Assembly: GCA_965246715.1 (NCBI GenBank)
Contig: CBDFFH010000027.1
Coordinates: 96,001 to 160,000, forward strand
Length of the DNA stretch: 64,000 bases
Direction: 5' to 3'
DNA from: Chamaesiphon sp.
GTDB lineage: Bacteria > Cyanobacteriota > Cyanobacteriia > Cyanobacteriales > Chamaesiphonaceae
The notes under the pieces: model-generated
Told to the model about the DNA's origin: nothing
The model's input: only the letters and a program-made list of their open reading frames with translations
Database searches by the model: none
In this document: positions 20,800 through 31,653 of the stretch, in pieces
How the letters are laid out: every line of letters begins with the position of its first letter
Position numbering within the stretch: position 1 is the stretch's first letter
Position numbers and translations under genes: made by a program

Positions 20800-21915
20800 T
20801 TATTTTTTAGGAATCATCTTGGATGGTGCTACAAGTCCGATGAGATCGGTTGTAAGTTGAGCCATTAGTGCGTAGATACCAGCTCCGCCACCTTTGGCAA
20901 TTACTCCAGCAATTATCGGTGCGCCGATAGCATAGCCTAGTTGTAAGCTATAGGCTGGCTGGCTTCCTGATGTATTTGCGTTGATAAAACCCATCATTGC
21001 ACCCAAGATAGTTAATGAGAACTTGAAAATACCTAATCCCCATAATGAAGCAAACCAAATTTCAAGTGGTTTGGTATTTAAAAATGAGAAGGCAAGTGGA
21101 ATCGGCAGAGCCAAAATTGACAGGATGAAACCTTCATCAGCTATTTCACCAATCATCACAGACCAGCCATCTAAGATGGCACCAACCAACCAATCGCGCA
21201 ACCATTTATCTGGGTCATTTGCAAATTTGACAAATTGATTCCAGACGCTGTTATAGTCATACGAATCGACGAGACTATTCATTTTGGCTTCTGTATCGGC
21301 TAATTCTGTGACAAGTTCGGGATTCGCTACCGATAGTTTAGCTGCGACAACCATCGTCTTTACATCTTTAGTACACTGGACGTATGCTGGATTTGGAATG
21401 ACATTCCCTGGCTTGGCGGGATCGGGATCGGCGATCGTCTTCGGTAACTTGATGCAGACTTGCATTTGATTACTAATCGCCTTAACAGTTTCATTGTCGG
21501 TTTTTATCCCCGCAAGTTCGGCATTGACACTTCCTAACAATTTTGTATTGGTGGCGATCGAACTATCGATACCTCTAATCAGAGCATAGTTACCGATCGC
21601 AAATACACGCGCTCCATAAGCATTCCCCACGAACATAAATGTGATCAGCAGGAGCGTTAAAATCCTCAGCAGATGATTTTTAAGGTTGTCGAAAGATAGA
21701 TCTGGGATAATTGGCACTAGCCAAAACAATACCCCAACTCCGGCAATAACCTTGCATGGTTCGACTATTGCCATCCAAAAAGTATCTGTAAAAGATGCTG
21801 CGTTACCAGTAATTAGAATACTAATTATCTTAAATAGTGCCTGTTCGTACTCACTCGCAATTACAGCAGGATCGGTTGAGGCGAGGATTGTAGTGTGAAT
21901 AATATCGGCAAACAA
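20800..21915 (-). CDS. polytopic membrane protein, VirB6/TrbL-like
   Basis: Several TM segments around a soluble loop; lies downstream of the virB4-like gene. Confidence 0.55.
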   Translation of the reverse strand: MFADIIHTTILASTDPAVIASEYEQALFKIISILITGNAASFTDTFWMAIVEPCKVIAGVGVLFWLVPIIPDLSFDNLKNHLLRILTLLLITFMFVGNAYGARVFAIGNYALIRGIDSSIATNTKLLGSVNAELAGIKTDNETVKAISNQMQVCIKLPKTIADPDPAKPGNVIPNPAYVQCTKDVKTMVVAAKLSVANPELVTELADTEAKMNSLVDSYDYNSVWNQFVKFANDPDKWLRDWLVGAILDGWSVMIGEIADEGFILSILALPIPLAFSFLNTKPLEIWFASLWGLGIFKFSLTILGAMMGFINANTSGSQPAYSLQLGYAIGAPIIAGVIAKGGGAGIYALMAQLTTDLIGLVAPSKMIPKK

Positions 21916-21952
21916 AATAGCTCTGCTCCTGTAATAAACGACTGTCTATCGA

Positions 21953-21991
21953 TTTAAGATATTTGCATTTGCTAAGTGCAAATATCTTAAA
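21953..21991. terminator. perfect 15-bp inverted repeat
   Basis: TTTAAGATATTTGCA...TGCAAATATCTTAAA between two T4SS-like genes. Confidence 0.45.
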
Positions 21992-22042
21992 GGACGTTCG
22001 ATTCGTTCGCGTAGCGTACCGTAGGTAATCGAACACTATGAA

Positions 22043-23038
22043 TTAAATCCAGCAAATATTACTTGAAGCGCACAATCGAGCGCGAGCTTTGATTTTGTTA
22101 GCGTCAAGATAAGTGGTTCTCAGCGAATCCATGTCTGCTTCAACTCGTTTTTGCTCGTCCTCGGCGATACTCCGCTGTTGTACCAGAGCGTTGTGCTTGG
22201 CTTGATTTTCTCCTTGAGATAAATTAGCCAGCCCGATGGTATTGGCAGTGGCACTCATAATCAGATTTTGTGAGAGCATATTGTTCATCGCTCCCATGCG
22301 GTTAAAACTGCTACCCGCTTTGGCACTGAGATCGGCTTGAGCGGCACCAGTCGCCAATGTGGAATTATTAGCATCGCCAGTCGCACTCATAATCGAGGAA
22401 ACTGCTTTGTTGGTGTTTTGGCGATTGGCTTCGGCAACACTGGCTCCAGACTTAGATTTGGCTAAATCTATTTGAGCGATAACAGCTTTGGTATCGAGTC
22501 CTTTTCCGTTGAGGATGTTAGAAGCCTGATAAGCAATCATTTTGCCTGTAGGGTCGTCGGTTTTGACGCTACCATCTGGATTCAAAGGTTGGATATTACC
22601 CGCTGCATCGAGTCCGTAACTGCCGAAGTTAATTCCTACACCAGTACCGCCGTTCATCCCTGCCGTAGCTTGTCCGATTTGTGCCAAGGTAGGTTGCTGA
22701 CCTGCTAATACGCTTTGTGCGATCGGTGCGTATTTCGACGCAGTTGTCAGAGCTGAGGCGATATTTGGATCTAGCCCTGGAAAGGCACTGACGATCCCAC
22801 TAAAGACGTTAGAAAGATTGCCAGGATTGGATAAGATCGACTGAATGCCTTGGGGATTGAATGTGGGATTTGCTGTTGGGTCGGTGGGATTTGCCGTGGG
22901 TGTGTCGCCTGGAGCGACCGAGGATGGAAGTGGATTGGCTGTTCCACCAAGAGTTGCTGCCTCAGCTCCGAGTGGGAGTAAGCTCATCACAAAGCCGGAC
23001 ATGAATGCGATCGTCAGTAATAATGGATATTTTTTCAT
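22043..23038 (-). CDS. secreted protein in the conjugation cluster (VirB5/TrbJ position)
   Basis: Signal peptide ending AEA; Ala/Asn/Gln-rich helical C-terminus. Confidence 0.55.
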   Translation of the reverse strand: MKKYPLLLTIAFMSGFVMSLLPLGAEAATLGGTANPLPSSVAPGDTPTANPTDPTANPTFNPQGIQSILSNPGNLSNVFSGIVSAFPGLDPNIASALTTASKYAPIAQSVLAGQQPTLAQIGQATAGMNGGTGVGINFGSYGLDAAGNIQPLNPDGSVKTDDPTGKMIAYQASNILNGKGLDTKAVIAQIDLAKSKSGASVAEANRQNTNKAVSSIMSATGDANNSTLATGAAQADLSAKAGSSFNRMGAMNNMLSQNLIMSATANTIGLANLSQGENQAKHNALVQQRSIAEDEQKRVEADMDSLRTTYLDANKIKARARLCASSNICWI

Positions 23039-23048
23039 AATTTTTCTC

Positions 23049-25838
23049 TCAATGAGTAATAAGGGTTAGTTCGTCGATCCGACCGTTGGTGGCTGCCGCG
23101 CGAGCTTTGCGCTCTTGCTGCTCGTCGATATTGTTAGCTGTGAGAGCCACCAACGAGGGCGGGAGATAAATTCGCGCGGGAGTGAAACGATCGTCTATTT
23201 TGAGCAACCATTGGCTAGAGCAAGTGGCTTTATCTGGCTCAAAATCTTTTCTGGCATTGTTCGATGCCAATGCTTCGGGGACTCCCAGCAATTCGGGATT
23301 GCAATACTCAGCCAGAGAGTCGCCAATTCTGCCGATGAGGTGATACGAGAGCGCGTCCTTGATTTTTTTCCCACCCGCACTCTCGAACACGCTACTCGGC
23401 TCCTGTGCCGCAATCATCAGGCGCATTCCAGCCTTGAGTCCGTTTGCTGCGACCCGCCCGACGCAGAGTGAGAGCGGATCGAGATCGAAGGTAATCGAGG
23501 CTTCGTCGATAAATAATAGAGAACCTTTTCCACTTGCGGCGGCAATCGCTCGCCGCATTGCCGCTGCGTACATAATCGTGCCGAATACCGCAGCATCATC
23601 GTTGTTGCTGACTCCCCGCATGGCGATGGTCATGAGGGGACTATCGAGTTTGACGGAACTCGGAGAATTTATAGTCTTACCGTAGGAGCCATCGATCCAC
23701 CGTTGGAGTTGCAATTGAATCGTACCAAGAGTCTCGATATCGTCAGCGGTTGCCTCTGGAAGATTTATTCGTTCGATCGTGCAAAACCGCTTGAAGTCTG
23801 AGAGGGTGGGATAATCTTGCCAAGCTCTAGAGCCAATCCCCCCATTAATCGCGCGTTCGTACCGGATTAAAATCCGCTCGTCTTTGAAGAAGTTTTTCAG
23901 AGCGGTGGTTAGCATCGAAATGACCTTGCTGCTACTGGTACCCTTGAGTTCGCCTTTCCAGCCCAAAACCATTGCAGTCAGAATTTGAAGGATAAACTCT
24001 TCATTCTGTCTTTTCATGTCCTCGCGCGTCTCTGGATCGATATCTTCAACAATTAGCGGAGTCTCAAAGAAGTTAATGGAGTCGTTAAAGACATCGATAT
24101 AAGCCCCATCCATGTATTCGGTAAAAGCCTTGAACGAACTCGCCTCTTTTGTCGGCGGCTGATCGAGAATCGTCACTGGAATTGCTTGACTCAGTGCTTT
24201 GTGAATGTTAAATGCGGCATATAAAGTCTTACCAGAGCGAGTTTTACCCCAAATAGCGGTGTGTCCCATGTGTGTGAAAGGGTCGAAATAGACGGGCGAA
24301 CCGCCCTTATTCGCAATAAATTCGATTCCAGATTTATGCGCGTTAACCGTCGTTACCATTGGGAAGTAAGCAGCGACGATTTCGGGGCGTTCGCGATCGC
24401 GTCTGTCGCGGACATCCACCAGCATCGACTTACCGTAAAATGGTAAAGATGATACCCACAGCGAATCAGAAGTATCTACTTCCAGTAGTACAATTGCTGG
24501 CGATCGAAAATGCGAGCAGAAGTCACGAGCGGCAAAGTGCATCTGCTCTAGAGTTTCTCTGTAGACAAACATACAGAGCGAAAATTCGACACTCGTATCG
24601 CCACCGATTAACATCCGCTCGGTTTCGAGGGCTTCTTTCAGCTCCTCGTCTGCCAAAACGTCAACTTGTCCTTTTTCCTCTGTTTCTTTCTTGCGGTAAT
24701 GATTTTGGCGGATGAGTTGTTGGTTGTTGTAACGAACGCCGAACTGTTCGGGACGCGATAGCTCTAGCACGATTCGATAATCGTAAGCCGAGCCGATTGC
24801 CATCAAATTCGAGAGATAATGCAGTTGAACTTCCTGGTACGACTCATTACCCGCTTCTTCAAAGACTTTGGGTTGAAGTTTCAGCAGCAGACTGCCGACG
24901 TATCGACGATCGACTTTTACATGGTCGCGGTTGGAAGAGGGAACGGCAGAAGGATAGCGCATCATTACTGTAGTTGGATGCAGTTGCGATCGCACGTTTT
25001 CGCCAATCGTGCCTTTTTGGAGATTAAATTCGACGATCTGTGGTGCTGGTTCTGGTTTGAGTCCTTCTACCCGATCGTTAAACCGATTTAGTTCCTGCCA
25101 GCAATGCTGCCAAACTTCCTCACCAGACAGGGGAGTGGCTTTGAGTTGAAGTTTATCTCTAAATAAATTCGACCACTCAAAAAAGCCCTGCTCGTAGGCA
25201 TTTAGGAGAATTGCATCGATCGTTTGTTGGCGAACTTCCTCGATCGAACCCGATAGCCTTTGATACCAAAGGGTACTGAATTTGATGACTTTCTCAATTA
25301 ACTTTTGCTCTCGCGCTCCTAAGTTAGGGGTAAAAGTGCCCATCAAAAATACTTGGTGAGGGCGACGTTGACCGCTAATGTCGAGATTCTGTAAAATCAA
25401 CATTTCCTCAGCGATTAAGGGCTGAGATTGGGCTGATGCTGTTTCAAATTGAGCGATCAATTCATTCAGGCGAACATTACGATCGCCGAATGATTGAAAT
25501 TCAACGCGCAACTTCTCACCGATCGGTAATTCGTGTCCCAGAGATGAAATTGAGTTAATAATCGATCTAGCCGCTACTTCGCCAAAATCATCGTGAATGC
25601 CTGGGCATTCCCAAATAAATCGCAATTTGTATTCTGGCTTGTCAATTTCATGACTGGTATTTAGCAATAAAGCACCAACTTGAATACCATTTGGCAAGGT
25701 ATAGTTGATGATACTTTGCAAATGAGTTGAGGTTTCCAGAGGATAGAGCAGTTTCTTTTTGTCGCTTAAACCTTTATGTCTGATTTTTCTTAGTTTTAGC
25801 TTTTGGCTCAGAGGTTTATTGCTTTCCTTGTTTTTCAT
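23049..25838 (-). CDS. VirB4-like type IV secretion/conjugation ATPase
   Basis: 929 aa; C-terminal Walker A GKTRSGKT, Walker B LLFIDEA and AAQ motif; preceded by two small membrane genes. Confidence 0.8.
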   Translation of the reverse strand: MKNKESNKPLSQKLKLRKIRHKGLSDKKKLLYPLETSTHLQSIINYTLPNGIQVGALLLNTSHEIDKPEYKLRFIWECPGIHDDFGEVAARSIINSISSLGHELPIGEKLRVEFQSFGDRNVRLNELIAQFETASAQSQPLIAEEMLILQNLDISGQRRPHQVFLMGTFTPNLGAREQKLIEKVIKFSTLWYQRLSGSIEEVRQQTIDAILLNAYEQGFFEWSNLFRDKLQLKATPLSGEEVWQHCWQELNRFNDRVEGLKPEPAPQIVEFNLQKGTIGENVRSQLHPTTVMMRYPSAVPSSNRDHVKVDRRYVGSLLLKLQPKVFEEAGNESYQEVQLHYLSNLMAIGSAYDYRIVLELSRPEQFGVRYNNQQLIRQNHYRKKETEEKGQVDVLADEELKEALETERMLIGGDTSVEFSLCMFVYRETLEQMHFAARDFCSHFRSPAIVLLEVDTSDSLWVSSLPFYGKSMLVDVRDRRDRERPEIVAAYFPMVTTVNAHKSGIEFIANKGGSPVYFDPFTHMGHTAIWGKTRSGKTLYAAFNIHKALSQAIPVTILDQPPTKEASSFKAFTEYMDGAYIDVFNDSINFFETPLIVEDIDPETREDMKRQNEEFILQILTAMVLGWKGELKGTSSSKVISMLTTALKNFFKDERILIRYERAINGGIGSRAWQDYPTLSDFKRFCTIERINLPEATADDIETLGTIQLQLQRWIDGSYGKTINSPSSVKLDSPLMTIAMRGVSNNDDAAVFGTIMYAAAMRRAIAAASGKGSLLFIDEASITFDLDPLSLCVGRVAANGLKAGMRLMIAAQEPSSVFESAGGKKIKDALSYHLIGRIGDSLAEYCNPELLGVPEALASNNARKDFEPDKATCSSQWLLKIDDRFTPARIYLPPSLVALTANNIDEQQERKARAAATNGRIDELTLITH

Positions 25839-25886
25839 GACGCTAAATAAACTAAAGGATTCAAGCCAATCGATCGAAAATAAGGT

Positions 25887-26216
25887 CTAGGGTCTTTTCT
25901 TGGAGTGAAGGTCGATCGATCGCGGAGTTAAATCTGGAATTGGCGAACGATAATTCAAGCATCCTCTGGTGTAATTCTTTGGCTTTCTATTTCTTGCCAG
26001 TACATCTGCCATGCCATCTTTTAGGGAAAGTATGGCTGTGAAAAATAAAGTCACAAAAATAGCTGTAACGATGTTAGCCGGAACCTTCAAATATCCTAGA
26101 ACTAGACAGAAAACTACAATTAGAGCCAAAACGATCGCGACATCGCGAGGGATACCCATCATCTTCGCTCTGCGTCTTAATGCTCGATTAACCTCGATTC
26201 GTGTCTTTCTTTCCAT
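25887..26216 (-). CDS. VirB3-like membrane protein (copy 2)
   Basis: 109 aa, two TM segments, directly upstream of the virB4-like gene. Confidence 0.6.
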   Translation of the reverse strand: MERKTRIEVNRALRRRAKMMGIPRDVAIVLALIVVFCLVLGYLKVPANIVTAIFVTLFFTAILSLKDGMADVLARNRKPKNYTRGCLNYRSPIPDLTPRSIDLHSKKRP

Positions 26217-26234
26217 TAATAGATACCGCTTGAA

Positions 26235-26660
26235 TTATGCACCTGTGAACATAAAGGTGACGATCCGATCTGTTGCAATTACGAGAATTACGAGGACGAT
26301 AATATTTAACATTGGCTTGACTACACCAGAAAAATTTTCTCGATCGTATTCTTGGTATCCCAGGTAAGCTTGCCAGATGGCAATACCACCGACTATTAGC
26401 AATACAGACCAAGGGATCAGATTGACAATGGCAGTAAACAGAGTAGTAAATAGCGGCCCTGCGACTGGGAATCCAGCCATAATCGTTGCAATCTTAGTAG
26501 TCGATACTGTTACAAAAGCATCGTAGATTGGAGCGGCATCAGCTCTAGGAGCTAAGTTCCATCCCCAAATAATTGGGGAGAAACAGGAAATCAAGGCATA
26601 CTGAATATATTTCCAAGAAATTCTATTTCTAGGTTTGCTTAGTGAAGTGGCGTGGTTCAT
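26235..26660 (-). CDS. membrane protein, TrbC/VirB2 pilin-like (copy 2)
   Basis: Near-identical to 12207-12632. Confidence 0.55.
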   Translation of the reverse strand: MNHATSLSKPRNRISWKYIQYALISCFSPIIWGWNLAPRADAAPIYDAFVTVSTTKIATIMAGFPVAGPLFTTLFTAIVNLIPWSVLLIVGGIAIWQAYLGYQEYDRENFSGVVKPMLNIIVLVILVIATDRIVTFMFTGA

Positions 26661-27099
26661 GATGACACTCTATGTTTTTAAAGAATATAAGTTTCGACTC
26701 GATTCGTTCGAGCAATTACCGATCGAACGATAATAGCTTTTACATGAAAATTTCAGATCGCGCTCGCCATTAATCTAAGATTTAGTTGACGACAATCGAA
26801 CGATAACAGCCATATTTCGAGTAGAATAAACCTGACTTAATTAGCTGGTCAGGTTAAATTCATCCCCTCTTTTATCCGCATGAGATTATAGACGATCGAC
26901 AAAAATAAGCAAGGTCAGCTCGAACAGTAAATAAAACTTTACAATTAATAAAAAAATGGAGTAGTTAGTCAGCCGCATAGCTAACTAACTACTCTTTCAA
27001 GGTGTGCGAATTTACTGTCGATGTTGAGTTCGATCGTCGGATCTTGCAATCTCCGTCAAGTTTCCTTGAATTAATAGCGACGGTATCCGAACTTGGCGA

Positions 27100-27564
27100 C
27101 TATCGATTTAGACTTTTGCCTGTTGCTAATTCGGCTCTAGCTCTTTGACTCACGGATATTCTATTTGTGTTGCCTTCGTCCGAGTCGTTGAGAAGGACTT
27201 CTACATCACAATTAGCCAGATCTGGGTTAGCCGTAATCAGGGTCATCCCCTCGACTCGTGCTTGAGCCAGCAAAATCAGATCGAATCGATCTAGCGGCAA
27301 TGTTGCCAGCTTCAACACTTGATCCGCTCGAATGTCTAAAAATTGTGCCCGCAACTTTTTCATTCGACTGGCAAGATACGAATCGATCGGTTCGGGCAGC
27401 GATAAAGTTCCCAGTGACACCTTCATCGTCAGCTCGCACGCGCTGGCAACCGAAAACCAGATCGAATTAGTTTCGTCAGAGATGGCGGCGATCGTTGGAG
27501 CACTCAAGCGATCGGGTTCGACAAACCACCACAAAAAACACTGGGCATCAATTAGTATTTTCAC
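27100..27564 (-). CDS. vapC: PIN-domain VapC toxin
   Basis: MKILIDAQCFLWW, SVASACEL and DRFDLILLAQA motifs. Confidence 0.85.
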   Translation of the reverse strand: MKILIDAQCFLWWFVEPDRLSAPTIAAISDETNSIWFSVASACELTMKVSLGTLSLPEPIDSYLASRMKKLRAQFLDIRADQVLKLATLPLDRFDLILLAQARVEGMTLITANPDLANCDVEVLLNDSDEGNTNRISVSQRARAELATGKSLNR

Positions 27565-27614
27565 TCGCGATCGCTCCTTACTTTTGTTTGGCTGAAAGAT
27601 CGGGAAAATAGGGT

Positions 27615-27836
27615 TTATAGATGAGGGGGCAGCGGGTTGTTAAAACTGGAGGAAATGTAGTACAATCCGCGATCGACACCCATACTGCGACTGCGCGATC
27701 GCTTATTTTCCACCGGAACTAACCTAGCCACCGCGATCCCTCGATTGGCGATGATTATCTCTTCCCCTAGTTCCACGCGGGATAATAATTTGGAGAACTG
27801 GGATTTAGCGTTATAGATAGTAAATGTATTCATCAC
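27615..27836 (-). CDS. Phd/YefM family antitoxin
   Basis: Identical to 11006-11227 except one C-terminal residue. Confidence 0.85.
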   Translation of the reverse strand: MMNTFTIYNAKSQFSKLLSRVELGEEIIIANRGIAVARLVPVENKRSRSRSMGVDRGLYYISSSFNNPLPPHL

Positions 27837-28264
27837 GATCGTAAGAAATTAGATTTCCAACTTATTATAGAACAAAAATACTAGTATTTTCTTAAAAGAC
27901 ATGGACATCGCGAGCGTTAGGAGCTGCAATCGGATACGCACGTTGTTCCATCCCCTATTAGATCCCACATTCCGCTGTTTCGACGGTTAAACTAAGCGAT
28001 TCTCTCAAGGGAACGGCTCATCTTCAAAACTGGACTTTAAACTTTAGGTTCGTCCTGCTCCTCAATGTTTAGGTGCTAGTCATGTATACCACTATGTTTT
28101 TTGTCTAACCCATTAAAGCTAAAGTACTCGATCGACCCCCCAATCAGCCCGTTTAAATTTCGCTGTAAAAAGTTCATCCGAATTGCTGGTGCGCCCTGGG
28201 GATCGGCAGATGGCAGGCGATCTGCATCTCGATGTTGCAGGTCTAGAATATCAGCCGATTCAAT

Positions 28265-28401
28265 AGACCTCCTGCGAAAGTATTTTAGCTATCCTTTGAT
28301 ACCAATCATTTCGAGCATTATTAACTAATCATAAAAGATTAACTAAATATGGTGACAGTTATAGGTTCTGTCGATCTTTCCAGGACTTTCGCAGGAGGTC
28401 T
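28265..28401. mobile_element. 137-bp MITE, copy 1
   Basis: 17-bp perfect TIR AGACCTCCTGCGAAAGT, AAT on both flanks, no ORF. Confidence 0.85.
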
Positions 28402-28935
28402 AATTTGTCACCGATGGAGATTCGGCAGCCACCTCAACTGGTACGACATCATGGAAATGTTTGTAGTCCAAATATTGATCGCCATTATCAGCTTTAGACA
28501 CCAAATCGACAAAGCGGTAATTCCAGAAAATGTCTTGGGGCGCATAGGTATGAGGGGCATACATCATCTGGGTAACGGTTTCATCTACGCCACTGAGCGT
28601 CACCACGATCGTACTATTGGTGTTCTGTAAATCTGTGGGTGTCACTCCATACAGTGGGCTAGCTGTATCGATCGGGTGCAGTGCCAGCCACGATAGTACA
28701 AAACTTAGCGATTGGTTGCGAACCAACCGCAAGTCATGAATCCGACGAATATATTGCCCTTCGGCAGTCAGCTCATCTCGCAGTAAATACACCTTGAGCT
28801 GTGCTTCTAAAATTTGATTGCTGCGCTGATTTGCCGTCCGAAAACTTAAAGTGGGCACTGCTTCGTGCGGTGAGATCGTGGCAACGTCGCTAAACGCCAC
28901 GCGCGCAGTCGGGTGGGAAAATCGCGCAAATGATA
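28400..28935 (-). pseudogene. inward-rectifier K+ channel (KirBac-like) cytoplasmic domain only
   Basis: FARFSHPTARVAFS, RTANQRSNQILEA and HPIDTASPLYG motifs; TM/pore region absent. Confidence 0.75.
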
Positions 28936-29503
28936 AGGATCGCGCCAATAGGAATACCACTCAATCGTTATCCAAAATTACGAACAATTAATCTGTAGAA
29001 ACTATCTTTATCTTTATCAATCGATCGATCATAATCAAAAGTAAGTTCGACATCAAGAACCAATAATTCTTGAAAAAATGTTGAAGCTAATGGGCATAGT
29101 CCGATCGTCTTAGTAGAAACAGGGCTTACCTGGGTTAAATAATAAAGGAGTTGTGAATGGTAACGATCTAAGTGTTATGGTTAGCAAGTTACAGCTAATA
29201 TTATTACTATTAATAGGTAATGATGTTAGTGGGTAATCAAGCGATATTGTTAGATCTGGACAACTATACATATTAAAAATACATCCAATGGTACTAACAA
29301 AGTCTGTCTAAAGAGAGATGTAATTTTAGTTAAGTAGACATCATCTTAATTGCAATGAGATTCCAGCCAATAATCCTAAATAATGGATTGTGTAATGAAG
29401 CGTTAATCCTCACAGTTTCCTCATCTTTGGATAGTAATGTACAAGATAGGTAATTCCTTGACTATCTTGTACATGACATCATCCACTTACTAGGAGATAA
29501 AAG

Positions 29504-30448
29504 ATGCCAAAAGCAGTACGCTTGGATCGCTATGGACATATTGATGTGCTAGAGGTCAAAGAGGTCGAACGACCATCACTCAGTCCCGGTCGGATTCTAG
29601 TTCGGACGATCGCGGCAGGAATCAATCCTGGTGAGATCGCCATTCGCGAAGGTTTACTCGATAAGCAATTTCCAGCCACGTTCCCGTCAGGTCAGGGGGC
29701 GGATTTTGCTGGGGTGGTCGCCGAGCTGGGAGCGGATGTAACCAGCCCTAGTGTGGGCACACCAGTCATCGGTTGGTCGAACGAACGCTCCGCCCAGTCT
29801 GAGTTTGTTGCCGTTCCTGCCGACCAACTTGTCACCAAACCCGAAGCCCTCGATTGGGATGTGGCAGGTGGTCTCTACGTCGTCGCAACGACAGCGACAG
29901 CCGCCGTCGCCGCCGTTGCCCCTCAACGCGGCGAAACTATCCTGTTGTCTGGTGCCTCCGGCGGGGTCGGTTCGCTAGCTGCTCAGTTAGTGCTGCGGAC
30001 TGGAGCCACTGTCGTCGGCATTGCTGGAAAGTCACATCACGACTGGTTGAAATCGATCGGCGTTACACCAGTAGACTACGAAACTGACTTGAAAGAGAGC
30101 CTAAATCGCTTGGCTCCATGCGGCTTCGACGCAGCAATCGATACTGTCGGTCATGGCTATGTAGACTTGGCGATCGATCTGGGGATCCCACCCGATCGCA
30201 TCAACACGATTATTGATTTCGCAGCAGCAGCTCGACACAAAGTTCATACCGATGGCAGCTCTGCGGCTGAATCTAGTGCCGTGCTCGCCGAGGTGGCTGG
30301 TTTAGTTGCCAACGGTGAGTTACAGGTTCCAGTAGCCGCCGTTTACGATCTCAAAGATGTCAAACAAGCTTACACCAAGCTAGCCGAGGGACACATGGGC
30401 GGCAAAATTGTCCTGCGAGTCGCCGACCCTGATTTAGTTGTTGCGTAA
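29504..30448 (+). CDS. MDR family NADP-dependent oxidoreductase
   Basis: AAGINP, GASGGVG and GKIVL motifs. Confidence 0.9.
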   Translation: MPKAVRLDRYGHIDVLEVKEVERPSLSPGRILVRTIAAGINPGEIAIREGLLDKQFPATFPSGQGADFAGVVAELGADVTSPSVGTPVIGWSNERSAQSEFVAVPADQLVTKPEALDWDVAGGLYVVATTATAAVAAVAPQRGETILLSGASGGVGSLAAQLVLRTGATVVGIAGKSHHDWLKSIGVTPVDYETDLKESLNRLAPCGFDAAIDTVGHGYVDLAIDLGIPPDRINTIIDFAAAARHKVHTDGSSAAESSAVLAEVAGLVANGELQVPVAAVYDLKDVKQAYTKLAEGHMGGKIVLRVADPDLVVA

Positions 30449-30492
30449 CGTTGGCGTAGCCGCGCTCGAAGTAGGTAATCGCGATGTAAATC

Positions 30493-30534
30493 TTAACTTC
30501 GACGAGCTGGCTAGCCGCCCAGTCGAAGTTAAGA
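30493..30534. terminator. hairpin between the oxidoreductase and araC
   Basis: CTTAACTTCGAC...GTCGAAGTTAAG inverted repeat. Confidence 0.45.
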
Positions 30535-30562
30535 ATTTGCAGCCCAAGTAGAAAAGCAACCT

Positions 30563-31411
30563 ATGAAAGCAAATCTCTCACGCATTAGAATTTGGCGACC
30601 GCAGCACCTCCCATCGATCGAGTTGATACATGGTGTTTCTAAAAGTCATTCAGTGCCCCGCAATTTTCATGAAGAACTAGAGCTTGGCATCCGGCAAGGT
30701 GATGGCTGGCAGTTTAAATACCGAGGTGCAACGCACCATGTGCCGTCAGATACTGTGGTAGTGACCCAACCTGGAGAAGCGCATCAGGCTGATTGTACGA
30801 GCGACCGAGACTGCACTTATCGCGGGCTACATATCGGTCTAGATTTACTTCAACAAGTGGCAAACGAAGTTACTGGACGCGACACAGAATTACCATTTTT
30901 TCCGATATCGCTAGTCCACGATCGCAACTTTAATACCCAATTCATTCAAGTTCATCAAGCCTTAGAACGATCCAATTCTCAGCTCGAACAACAGACATTA
31001 GTCTTAGATTTGCTGGCACAATTAATTCTGCGGTATGCGGATAGTACGCATTGCCCGATCGAATTAGGAGCAGAAATTCAGCCTGTCAATCGTGTTCGGA
31101 CATACATAGAAGCACATTCTGAGCAAGAGATATCGTTAGAGAAATTAGCTATAGTTGCAAGTTTAAGTTCCTTCCATCTCAATCGATCGTTTAGCAAAAC
31201 ATTTGGAATACCGCCGCACGCTTATCAGATTCAAGTACGAATAATGAGGGCAAAACGCTTACTCCGAAAAGAACACTCGATCGAGCAAGTCGCTATTGAA
31301 ACTGGATTTGTGAGTCAAAGCCACTTTGGATCGCACTTCAAGCGGCTGGTTAGCATTACTCCCAGGCAATACATTCAAGACAGCAAGAACGTGATAGATT
31401 TCGCTAATTAA
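30563..31411 (+). CDS. AraC family transcriptional regulator
   Basis: Cupin-type ligand domain (FHEELE, PGEAH) and HTH ending GFVSQSHFGSHFKR. Confidence 0.95.
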   Translation: MKANLSRIRIWRPQHLPSIELIHGVSKSHSVPRNFHEELELGIRQGDGWQFKYRGATHHVPSDTVVVTQPGEAHQADCTSDRDCTYRGLHIGLDLLQQVANEVTGRDTELPFFPISLVHDRNFNTQFIQVHQALERSNSQLEQQTLVLDLLAQLILRYADSTHCPIELGAEIQPVNRVRTYIEAHSEQEISLEKLAIVASLSSFHLNRSFSKTFGIPPHAYQIQVRIMRAKRLLRKEHSIEQVAIETGFVSQSHFGSHFKRLVSITPRQYIQDSKNVIDFAN

Positions 31412-31653
31412 GTTGATTGCGCTAGAGACAGATGGATTCTCAATCGAGTTGGCATTGCTTTAGCAACGCAGGCTCGAAAAAATTGACATCTTTAAAACAA
31501 TAGATTCGGTTCGCACCAAACTCAAGTCGAACCCGCTCGTGTTGGCGAATGCCTGTCGTTAGGTACAGTGTGAGCGTTGCTTGTTGACGGAGCCGCGCCG
31601 CGAGGTAATCGATCGAGTTAATTGGCGATCCTTGTCCTCACCAAGTGAACTAA

